Shown piece after piece: positions 35,887 to 45,300 of a stretch of DNA of 64,000 nucleotides; positions within the stretch are counted from its first letter, which is position 1; each line of letters starts with the position of its first letter. Below the pieces are notes generated by a model, which had not been told where the DNA came from, ran no database searches, and saw only the letters and a program-made list of their open reading frames with translations. The position numbers and the translations under genes were made by a program. The stretch is from IMG/VR virus record IMGVR_UViG_3300028165_000034, positions 1 through 64,000 of that record, one strand, 5' to 3'. Source of the DNA: an uncultured virus (IMG/VR IMGVR_UViG_3300028165_000034) (Duplodnaviria; Heunggongvirae; Uroviricota; Caudoviricetes).

Positions 35887-36422
35887 TGAATAAGGTTGAT
35901 CTGGAGCACGTTCGGAAACTTGTAAAGCGTGACGAGAAGTACAAGCGCTTCCGTGCAGCCGTCGAGAAGAACCCAAATCTGAAACTGGCCTTCGATGACC
36001 TGCACGACGAACTCAACTCGATGCACAAGATGCGCCTGACGCGCAGCCTGAATCGGAAGAGTAAGCGCTTCACCAAAGACGTGATCGACGCAATGACCCA
36101 CGACACCAGTTGTCGTAGCCGTTGCGCAGAGATTCTCATGTCCTGCTTGGCAATCACCGGTGACTTCCAGGACACGCTGAATAATTTGCGTGACTACCTG
36201 ATGTTGGAGTACGGTGGGAGAATCACCACAGGCCGCAGCTCCAAAGAGGAGAGGCGCCAATTCATGGAGAACGTACTGCGTCCGTTCTTCCGTTACATTC
36301 ACAAGGTCGAGCAGTTGAAAAAGCACGCCGAGTACCTCGTTGAGGATATTGACAAGGCGAGCTACCGCTTCCGTGATGTTATCGAGGCGATCAAGCTGCT
36401 GGGCAAACCAGAGAGTCTGTAA
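35886..36422 (+). CDS. hypothetical helical protein
   Basis: TAATG coupling at both ends; GGAGG RBS. Confidence 0.7.
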   Translation: MNKVDLEHVRKLVKRDEKYKRFRAAVEKNPNLKLAFDDLHDELNSMHKMRLTRSLNRKSKRFTKDVIDAMTHDTSCRSRCAEILMSCLAITGDFQDTLNNLRDYLMLEYGGRITTGRSSKEERRQFMENVLRPFFRYIHKVEQLKKHAEYLVEDIDKASYRFRDVIEAIKLLGKPESL

Positions 36423-38023
36423 TGGGCGAAATCATTGTCCGCGAACGGATGTTCGTGCCATCGCATTTGGTGGACGAGCGTGAAGTAAAGAAGCGCTACA
36501 TCCATCGGTTCTACGAGGAATCCGCTTGCCGACGCTGTGAAAATCGTCCTGAGCGCCACAACTACATCTGCAACAAGTGCGAAGCCTACAAGGGCAAATC
36601 GGTAACGGTCAACCGTGAAATCAAAGGTGACACCGAGTACTTCGGCTTCCCGTTGGGTGATCGCAAGAACATCGCAAAGGTCTTTGGCCTAGATTTGAAG
36701 GAGCTCGGCGTTCGTGACCTACGGACCCGGGCTAAACGTCGTTATAACGTCAAGATGGTCGGCTTCAAACCGTACGACTATCAGGAGCCTGCGATCAAGC
36801 TCTTGAAGAAGCACGGATACGGTGTTCTCAAGGCACCACCGCGTTCTGGTAAGACGCCGACCATGCTGTACACTGGCATCACGCAGTACAAGTATCGTAT
36901 TGCCGTGATTGCTGACCAGAAAGAGTTTCTGGAGCAGTTCGTCGACCACATCACCGAGTTCACCAACCTGCCTGATCTGCAGGAGAAGTACAAGAAGAAA
37001 CTCTACGGCTTTGGCAAGAAGCCGCAGGACTTCGAGGACTTCGAGATTATCGTCTGCACCTACCAGACGTTCCTGAGCGACAAGGGCAAGAAGCTGCTCA
37101 AGCTCCTGAACAAGAACTTTGGTCTGGTGTTCATTGACGAGGTGCACAGCTCCGGTGCGAGTGAATATTCCAAGACCTTGAACGAGCTCCGTCAGCGCAT
37201 CCGCATTGGTGCAACCGGTACCGATGATCGCAAGGACGGCAAGTACAAGATCGTGGAGCAGATCGTCGGGCCTGTGACTGCACTGATTGAACGTGACCAG
37301 TTGCAGGCTCAAGTGTTTGTCCACCCAATGGACTTCGTGAAGACCAAAGCTGCCTACAAGGGTCGTGCAGGCTTCACCCGTTGCGTGTCGTTCCTGACAA
37401 ACCACAAGAAGCGCAACCAGTTCATCGTTGACTGGGTGCTCAAGGACTTGGAGAAAGGCCACAACCTGCTGATCCCAGTGTATCGCAAAGAGCACGTCTG
37501 GGACTTGGTCAAGATGATTAACGACCAGTACGGCAAGAAAGTGGCTGACGGGTTCACTGGTGGTGCGAAGAACAAGGCAGACATTACTCGACGCAAAGCC
37601 GTACTGGACGATGCGAAGTCTGGTAAGGTGCGTGTGGTAATCGGCATCCGCTCTCTGATGCAGCGCGGTCTGAACGTGCCTCGTTGGTCGATGATCTACT
37701 GCGTCATGCCAATCAACAACAAGCCCAACTGGAAGCAGGAGAGTTCGCGTATCCTGACTCCGTTTGAAGGCAAGCGTCCACCAGGTATTCGACTCTTTGT
37801 GGACGAGCACATTGGAATGCCGCTTGGTTGCTTTGTGTCAACCTACAAGCAGTGCATGGAATTCAAACACAAGCCTACGGAAGTAGCCCATGAGCGCGCC
37901 ATCATACTTATGGACAAACACAATAGTCGAAGGAGTGGGCACGGTGGCGGAGGTGAGCAAGCCTTCATGGAAGACACCAAAGCCGTCCGTTCCAAGTTTG
38001 GAGGAAGACCTTTCGGGTCGTGA
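36422..38023 (+). CDS. SF2 DExH helicase (UvsW/XPB-like) with N-terminal Cys cluster
   Basis: YDYQ, APPRSGKT, FIDEVH, GATGT, RGLNVP, QESSRI. Confidence 0.88.
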   Translation: MGEIIVRERMFVPSHLVDEREVKKRYIHRFYEESACRRCENRPERHNYICNKCEAYKGKSVTVNREIKGDTEYFGFPLGDRKNIAKVFGLDLKELGVRDLRTRAKRRYNVKMVGFKPYDYQEPAIKLLKKHGYGVLKAPPRSGKTPTMLYTGITQYKYRIAVIADQKEFLEQFVDHITEFTNLPDLQEKYKKKLYGFGKKPQDFEDFEIIVCTYQTFLSDKGKKLLKLLNKNFGLVFIDEVHSSGASEYSKTLNELRQRIRIGATGTDDRKDGKYKIVEQIVGPVTALIERDQLQAQVFVHPMDFVKTKAAYKGRAGFTRCVSFLTNHKKRNQFIVDWVLKDLEKGHNLLIPVYRKEHVWDLVKMINDQYGKKVADGFTGGAKNKADITRRKAVLDDAKSGKVRVVIGIRSLMQRGLNVPRWSMIYCVMPINNKPNWKQESSRILTPFEGKRPPGIRLFVDEHIGMPLGCFVSTYKQCMEFKHKPTEVAHERAIILMDKHNSRRSGHGGGGEQAFMEDTKAVRSKFGGRPFGS

Positions 38024-38051
38024 GTTCTTCGAGTATCGCTACGGCGGGTTC

Positions 38052-38573
38052 ATGGCCCTAGGTGGTTTGCCCGCCAAGTTCGATCTTCGTGCTGAACTTT
38101 CTGTCCTCAGTGGCTTCATGCAAGAGTGGGCATCGCACACGCGCGTTTGGCAATACATGGTGCGGGATGCACTTAGCCGAGCGCGTGATTGCGTGTTCAT
38201 TTGCGAAACACCTAGTGGTCGGAAGGCACTCGCCACCTATCTCAACGGACACGCACTGACCGTAATGACGTTGTCCGAATTTGAGCGTACTGTAAACAGA
38301 CCTGAGATAGTCTACTGCCCTGTGCGTCCTGCTAACATAAACGACGCCAAATTGGATGCGTTGTTGGACGCACACGAACTACACGTCATAAGGTCCGAGG
38401 ACTATGTCCAGAAAAGATTTCTTAAAGAACTTGGACAGCGATCTGCAAGCAGAGCTGCCGCCCTCCAAGCGAGCTACACCAACGTCCGAATCCGATATCA
38501 GGATGGACTTCAAGTTCGACACGCAACGTCAGAACCTCTTGAAGTCGCGCGGCGTCGATGGTCATGCGTTTAG
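38052..38573 (+). CDS. possible hypothetical protein
   Basis: Fills the gap after the helicase but overlaps the next ORF by about 170 nt. Confidence 0.35.
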   Translation: MALGGLPAKFDLRAELSVLSGFMQEWASHTRVWQYMVRDALSRARDCVFICETPSGRKALATYLNGHALTVMTLSEFERTVNRPEIVYCPVRPANINDAKLDALLDAHELHVIRSEDYVQKRFLKELGQRSASRAAALQASYTNVRIRYQDGLQVRHATSEPLEVARRRWSCV

Positions 38574-39183
38574 CCTCGCTCGCTCTCCGTTCCAAGTTGA
38601 GGAAGCGCTGATAAGGATCAAGCCAGTCGTGCGCAACATCGAGAACCTGGTGAAGAATAACCAGATCGAGTTGGCACCGAGTTCGATCACGTGGTTACCT
38701 GAAGGTTTCGTTCTGCGATCCATCAGCGTGAAGAAGCAGATCAACGGCATCCAGAAGGTGCTGGACAATCCTCTGCACGGCAACTACACGATGGCAATTG
38801 GCAGTTACCCGAGCGACGTGCGCGCCAAGGTGCTTGCAGCCAACTTCATGAACCGTGCGATTGACGCGCAGATGAAGGGTGTTCACCGTGGTCGTGCATA
38901 TCCACTCTGGCACCCGCTCATGGGCAACCAGTGGGATTCACTGCGCGATGCACGCGAACCCGAGAACATGAGTATGCTGGTCATCACCAACGTTGGTGTT
39001 GACAGCAGCCGTACCAAACTGGAGAAGCTGCGGGACTTGCTGGAGAAGTTCAACAACATCCCGAAGATCGTCGTGGTAAACGGCATCGACCCAGTCACCT
39101 TTTTCGCCGAGCGCGTGCGCTTACCTCTCAAATACGCCTTCTACCTCAGTGCTGAGCAGAAGGCCTCGATCTTGGACATTTAA
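38404..39183 (+). CDS. degenerate DnaC/IstB-like AAA+ protein
   Basis: Motif spacing like DnaC: MAIGSYPSDVRAKVLA, MLVITNVG, PKIVVVN; Walker residues not canonical. Confidence 0.4.
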   Translation: MSRKDFLKNLDSDLQAELPPSKRATPTSESDIRMDFKFDTQRQNLLKSRGVDGHAFSLARSPFQVEEALIRIKPVVRNIENLVKNNQIELAPSSITWLPEGFVLRSISVKKQINGIQKVLDNPLHGNYTMAIGSYPSDVRAKVLAANFMNRAIDAQMKGVHRGRAYPLWHPLMGNQWDSLRDAREPENMSMLVITNVGVDSSRTKLEKLRDLLEKFNNIPKIVVVNGIDPVTFFAERVRLPLKYAFYLSAEQKASILDI

Positions 39184-39933
39184 ATGTTACTAGACGAAAT
39201 CGACGAAATGGTTGAGCAGATCAACTCTGCCCAACGTGGAATGGAAAGGGTGTATGCCATTTACCTTCCACACTACCCAGTCGAAGCAGCAGTCATCGAC
39301 GACCTGAACCGAGCCATCACTGCGCAGATGGTGGACGAACAGTCCGCACCTAAGCACGGTACGATCGGCGGTGCAGTGGTTCCAGTAAGTGGTGTGATCG
39401 ACCTGAGCCACGAACTCCGTGAAGACGCCGATGCCTTGCGTAAAGAGCTGGAAGCGCAGGAACTGGCACAGGCCGAGATTGATGAGGCCATGCAGGCACG
39501 GATAGAGAAGAATCGGCAGGAGCGTCTGGAGAAGTTTAAGACGGAGAACATCCGTGCGACTTACCGACGCCTATGCCAGATGTGCCATCCAGATAAGTGC
39601 AAGCGATTCTCCTACACGGAGACTGCCAAGCTGCGCGAAATCCTAAACATGGCCCAGGATGCCTACGCTCGGAAGGACCCATACGATCTGGAGACCGCCT
39701 ACATCCGTGCGCTGTACGTTCGGGGTGAAGAGGAGAAACTCTCCAAGGATATGCGCCATGTTGTTGAGGAGAAGCACCGTAACCTGACGCTGGACATGCA
39801 GGCAACTGCCATGCACAAGCTCTACACGGTTCTCCAGTTCCATGTCCAGAAGCGCCAATACGATGCCAAGGTGGCATTCAAAACATTCGTGGACGACTAT
39901 ATCGTTCGCTTGAAGCAAAAACTCGGGGCCTAG
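39184..39933 (+). CDS. J-domain (DnaJ-like) protein
   Basis: IRATYRRLCQMCHPDK. Confidence 0.75.
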   Translation: MLLDEIDEMVEQINSAQRGMERVYAIYLPHYPVEAAVIDDLNRAITAQMVDEQSAPKHGTIGGAVVPVSGVIDLSHELREDADALRKELEAQELAQAEIDEAMQARIEKNRQERLEKFKTENIRATYRRLCQMCHPDKCKRFSYTETAKLREILNMAQDAYARKDPYDLETAYIRALYVRGEEEKLSKDMRHVVEEKHRNLTLDMQATAMHKLYTVLQFHVQKRQYDAKVAFKTFVDDYIVRLKQKLGA

Positions 39934-39950
39934 TGCCCCGTTTTTCGTTT
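39924..39950 (+). terminator. rho-independent terminator
   Basis: CGGGGC-ctagt-GCCCCG-TTTTT. Confidence 0.75.
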
Positions 39951-39970
39951 CCGTCAACCTGAATACGGTG

Positions 39971-39979
39971 TGCTAATTT
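39971..39979 (+). promoter_or_regulatory. candidate late promoter motif TGCTAATTT
   Basis: After a terminator, upstream of the tail sheath gene. Confidence 0.5.
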
Positions 39980-40075
39980 ACAGCGTACAATGTCAGTCAC
40001 GTGGCCAAGTACCATAGACGGTTGTCCTGTGTTTCCATACCAACTATATTCAGAAACTGTTGACGGAGACCTAAC

Positions 40076-41719
40076 ATGGTCAGTAAAGCAGTGCATCCAA
40101 GCGCTGGTGTGTATCCGATCGAAACGGATATGTCCACCCGTGCAACCGCCGCAGCGACTTCGATCGTCGGCGTCGTAGGTGAAGCGTCCATCGGGCCTGT
40201 CGGTGTTATCACCGATGTGTTTGACAACGAAGACCTGCGTTCCAACTTTGGGCAACCCAATGCCCAGAAGTACGGCTTCGCGCTGTACTGTGCCGCCCAA
40301 GCCCTGGGTCAAACCAAACGCCTGAAGTTCCTGCGGGTCGTCAATAAAGACGCTCTCACCGCCGGTGCATACTTCACGGTGGATGACCCGGCTCAGAACA
40401 TCCCTGAGATTCGCGTCACCGTGTTCGACGATGGTGGCAACACTCCTCTGGGCGTGTACGATCCCCTGAACAATCTCGGTTTCACCGCCGACCAGGCTGG
40501 CGTTGAGCGCATCCTTGCATACTTCGTTGCGTCCAACCCAGGCGAGTGGAACGACCAACTGAGCATCAAGATTCGTCCGGCATGCCCAGCAGGTGTGGAC
40601 ATCAGCGACGAGCGCCACTACGATCCGTACAAGTTCTACGTGGACGTCTACCTGAACTACAAGAACGCCAACAGCCGTCCTGTGGAGAGCTTCTACGTCT
40701 CCCGGAAATACGAGCTGGACGGCAACGGCAACCAGATGTTCATCGAGGATGCGATCAACCTGTCCTCGAAGTACATCCGTGTCAAGCACAACTCCTTCTG
40801 CGGTCCTGTGAAGATCAAGAAGGAAGCGTTCGAGTTCATCAAAGGCGGTAGCGACGGTACTCGCCCAACTGACGCGCAGATCATCGCGGCCTGGGAAGAG
40901 TTCGCCGACGCGGAAATCGTGGACGTCAACATCCTGTGCAACGCTGGCTACACCATTCCAGCGATCCAGCGCAAGATGGTCAGCATTTCCGAGAACCGTG
41001 CTGACTGCTTGGCGGTGCTCGACGTGCCGGACAAGGAATACGAAGCGGCACGTGCCGTGAACTACTCCGTGAACACGCTCAACGTGGACAGCAGCTACGC
41101 AGCCCTGTACGCGCCGTTCGTGCAAATCCGCGACACGTACAACGACAAGTACATCTTCATTCCGCCGTCTGGTCATGTGTGCGCTGCGATGGCCTACACC
41201 GATCACCAACGTGCGGTGTGGTTCGCCCCTGCTGGTCTGGCACGCGGCACCATCAAGATCACCGGCATCCGTACCAAGTACAACCAAGGTGCGCGTGACG
41301 CTCTCGATGCTGCCCACATCAACCCGATTCGCAACATCCCGGGTCGTGGCTACGTCATCATGGGCCAGGAGACTCTGCAAGCGTTCGCGTCTGCGTTCTC
41401 CAACATCAACGTCCGCCGTCTGGTCAACTACGTCAAGAAGTCGATTGCTTCGGCGTGCACCGTTGAGAACTTCAACCCCAACGACAGCTACACTCGCTTG
41501 TCGCTGGTGAACATCTGTGGCGACTTCCTGCGTCCGATCAAACAAGGTCGGGGTCTGTATGATTTCGAGGCCGTGTGTGACAGCCGCAACAACGTTGCAG
41601 CCGACATTGCCAATGGTGACCTGATGCTGGACGTGTACCTCGATCCAGTGATCCCAGCCAAGCGCGTCCACCTCACCTCGCACATCATGCCGACTGGCAC
41701 GTACTTCGACGAAAACTAA
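40076..41719 (+). CDS. contractile tail sheath protein
   Basis: AGVYPIETDMS, PPSGHV, WFAPAGLARG, INVRRL, ENFNPND. Confidence 0.93.
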   Translation: MVSKAVHPSAGVYPIETDMSTRATAAATSIVGVVGEASIGPVGVITDVFDNEDLRSNFGQPNAQKYGFALYCAAQALGQTKRLKFLRVVNKDALTAGAYFTVDDPAQNIPEIRVTVFDDGGNTPLGVYDPLNNLGFTADQAGVERILAYFVASNPGEWNDQLSIKIRPACPAGVDISDERHYDPYKFYVDVYLNYKNANSRPVESFYVSRKYELDGNGNQMFIEDAINLSSKYIRVKHNSFCGPVKIKKEAFEFIKGGSDGTRPTDAQIIAAWEEFADAEIVDVNILCNAGYTIPAIQRKMVSISENRADCLAVLDVPDKEYEAARAVNYSVNTLNVDSSYAALYAPFVQIRDTYNDKYIFIPPSGHVCAAMAYTDHQRAVWFAPAGLARGTIKITGIRTKYNQGARDALDAAHINPIRNIPGRGYVIMGQETLQAFASAFSNINVRRLVNYVKKSIASACTVENFNPNDSYTRLSLVNICGDFLRPIKQGRGLYDFEAVCDSRNNVAADIANGDLMLDVYLDPVIPAKRVHLTSHIMPTGTYFDEN

Positions 41720-41730
41720 GGGGCATTGCA

Positions 41731-42375
41731 ATGTCTGAAAAACGCCTGGAAACTCTGATTGACGACCTGCAGAGTGCCGCCAATCTCCAGAACCTGGACG
41801 CACTCAACCCAATCGTTGTGCGCCTCTCGCATCCAACCAACCGTACCGTGACCGTGATCGCGTGCGCGCAGAAAGAGCCAAGCACCCTCGTGCTGCCTCT
41901 GAACGTGACTTGGATCGACTTCGACCCGCTGAGCCTGAACTACCGCAAGGCTCTGCGTCGCGTCTCCAAGGAAGCTGACACGGTCACCGGCCGGGATCAT
42001 ACCTGGGAAATCATCGAGACCTACGACGAGGTGTTCGTCACCCAGTTCTACGATGACGCCGATACCGCGCTGCTGACCACGCAGAACCCGGTGCCTGCCG
42101 CCAGCACTTCGATCATGGGCGTCGCTCGCCTGTCGTATGCTCCACAGGTATCGAGCAACCCTGTGGCCGTGGCTGAAGGTGACCCGCGTCTCTCCGATGC
42201 CCGTACGCCGAAAGCGCACACCCACGAAGAAGTGCCAGCTACCCAGATCAAGACTGCCAATGGCGTCGTGACTGTCTCGGGTAGTGAACAGCCAGTTCCG
42301 GGCGCCGCCTTGGTTGCAGATAGCGCGACTACTGCCCGGTGGCGCAAGCTGACCACTTCGGACATCCAGAACTGA
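41731..42375 (+). CDS. tail/virion-associated protein
   Basis: Paralogous to the N-terminus of the next gene; GDPRLSDARTP. Confidence 0.7.
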   Translation: MSEKRLETLIDDLQSAANLQNLDALNPIVVRLSHPTNRTVTVIACAQKEPSTLVLPLNVTWIDFDPLSLNYRKALRRVSKEADTVTGRDHTWEIIETYDEVFVTQFYDDADTALLTTQNPVPAASTSIMGVARLSYAPQVSSNPVAVAEGDPRLSDARTPKAHTHEEVPATQIKTANGVVTVSGSEQPVPGAALVADSATTARWRKLTTSDIQN

Positions 42376-42388
42376 TCGGAGATCATCT

Positions 42389-45300
42389 ATGCCAACGCCA
42401 ACACTCGCTGAGTTTGTAGCTCAGACCGTGGCGCTCGCTGACTACCGCAACCTTGCACGGGAGAACCCAATCCCCGTGCAGTTGCCGCTCGGCAATGGTG
42501 AGAACATGATTGTTGTGGTTGCCTTCATGGAACCCAACAACGTCACCCTGCCGTTCAACGTCAGCTGGATCGTCGTTGATCCAGACAGCGCTTCCTATGG
42601 TAAGGTCCTGCGTCGTACTTCGGCGCTGCCTTCCGTGGGCTTCCGTAACACCTGGCAGGAACTCGACACCTTCGAGGACCTGATCGCAGAGCAGCAATAT
42701 TGGGATTTCAGTAGCGGCTTCAACCTCGGTGAAGTAGACGTTCCGCAGGTAGGTGCTGCGACTCTCGACGTTCGTGGCCTCGTAATCCTGAACCGTGAAT
42801 ATACGCCCGATCAAGACAGCCCTGTGGTTGTCGGCGGTAACGATCCGCGTATGAGCGATGCGCGTGATCCCCTTCCACACACTCACCCGAAGCTGCCGAT
42901 CACCATGATTCGCGGCGCAACGGGCGTCAACTCCTGGCTCGCCAAAGTTGGTACCAGCAACACGCCGAAGCCAGGCGAAGTGCTGACCATCACTGGCCCA
43001 GGTGCTAAAGACGGTGAGTGGATCGGTGAGTGGCGTCGCCCAGTCAAGGCTGACCTCGTTTACGACGGTCCAACCTTCGACGAACTGGAAATCGTTGGCC
43101 CAGAAGGCAACACGCTGGACGAGACCGTACCGTTCACCTTCAAGGCGAATGCGAAGTTCAGCGACGGTAGCGTGCTGAACAACGTGCAAGGTTCGTGGGC
43201 TGTCATCGGTAACGGTGCGTACGGCTCCATCAGCAACCAGACTGGTATCTTCCAGTCGCTGGACATTGACGAGGACCAAGTGCTGCGCATCGAGGTGCGC
43301 TGGACTCATCCTGAAAGTGGCCAGCTGCGCGTGAAGTACGTGGATATCACCATCGTCGACAAGACCATCAAACTGGTGCTCACCAGCATCGAACTGGTGG
43401 GTGTCAACGAGCTGGAAGAGAACTCGATTGCGACCTACTCGGTCATCGCGCACTTCGACGACGGCACCAGCGCCGGTGTTACTCCAACCACCTTCACCTC
43501 GTCCAACCCTGGCGCTGGCACGTTCAACAGCAAGACTGGTGTGCTTGAAGTTGGCGAGCTGACTACCGATCAGACCACGACCATCGCTGCGACCTACGCT
43601 TTCAACGGCGTGACCAAGGACGCGAACCTGACCGTGCGCTGCATCGACACCACCATCTACCCTTCGTCGGCTGTGATCGTTGGTCCTGCAGAAGTAGACG
43701 AAGGTACCTCGACCAACTTCACTCTGCGCGTGACGTTCACCAACGGCACCCAGAAGGACGTTGCAGTCACCGACTGGCGTTCGAGCGACGAAGAAGCTGG
43801 CACCATCAACCCGTCCAGCGGCGTCTTCGAGGCACCGAACAACCTGTTCGAGGACAAGGCTACCACGCTGTCCGCTTCGTACACCCTGGAAGGTCGTACC
43901 GTCAACGGCAGCCGTCAGATTCTGGTCAAGGACACCACTGTCTACCCACGTAGCGCAGTGATCCTCGGCTCGGCGGCAATCAACGAAAACACCGTGACGC
44001 AGTACCAGTTCCGTGTTTCGTTCAGCAACGGCACCACCAACGTTGTCACCGTCAGCAACTGGGCTCTGTCCAACCCTGCGATGGGTACGATCAACAAGAA
44101 CACCGGTCAGCTGGTCGCAGCTACCGACGTGCAGCAAGACACCAAGGGTAAGGTCTCTGCATCGTACTCCGCCTTCGGCCAGACTGTAACCGCCGAGCTG
44201 GAAGTCACGATCAAGGATATCACCAACTACCCGGTGAGCGCTCGCGTCGTGGGCAACGCCCAGATGAACGAGAACACCACGCAGACCCTGACGTTCGAGG
44301 TTACTTACCTCGATGGCACCAAGGTGAACGAGCCAGTGACCAACTGGACCTCGACCAACAGCGGTGCTGCAACGATCGGTGCTGCAAACGGCCTGGTGAC
44401 TGCTGCTGTCAACCTGCAAGCGAACGGTACCACTACTGTGGCCGCGTCGTGGAGCAAGTACGGCCGCACCGTGACTGCGGACATGCTGCTTACCGTCCGC
44501 GATATCACCAACTACCCGGTGAGCGCCGTCATCAACGGCCAGGCGACTATCAACGAAGGCTCGACTGCTGACTACACTCTGGCAGTTACCTTTGCTGATG
44601 GTACCACTTCGAACCGTTCGGGTAACTGGGCGATCACTGGCGGCAACGGTGCCAGCGTCAACACTTCGGGTCGCGTAACTGCGCCTGCAAACGTGGACGT
44701 CAACACCCCAGCGTCGCTGACCGCGTCGTACACCCTCGATGGCAAGACTGTCACCGCTTCGGCGAAGACTATCACCATCATGGACACCACTGTTTACCCA
44801 AGCAGTGCGCGTATCCTGGGTCCGAACTCTCTGCCTGAGAACACCAGCCAGACGTATCAGCTGGAAGTGACCTTCACCGATGCGACCAAGGCCATCGTGC
44901 CAGTCACCAACTGGAAGTCGTCGGTTATCTCGACTGCGACCATCGGTGCCAACACTGGTGTGCTGAACGGTCTGGACACCACTGGCAACAAGGTGACCAA
45001 GATCACTGCGTCGTATACGGCGGCTGGCAAGACTGTAGGTGCCGAGCTGGACGTTACCGTGACTGACTCGACCAACTACCCAGTTTCGGCTGTCGTAGAA
45101 GGTCCTGACTTCCTCGACGAAGGTGACACTGGCAACTACGTGCTGCGCGTGACGTTCACCGACGGTACCAGCTCGCTGGTAGGTGTAATCGACTGGGCTT
45201 CCTCGAAGACCTCTGTTGGTGTCATCAACCCAACGACTGGTGCACTGGCGACCAACGCAAACCTGAAGGCTGATGATAGCACCAAGGTAAGCGCGTCGTA

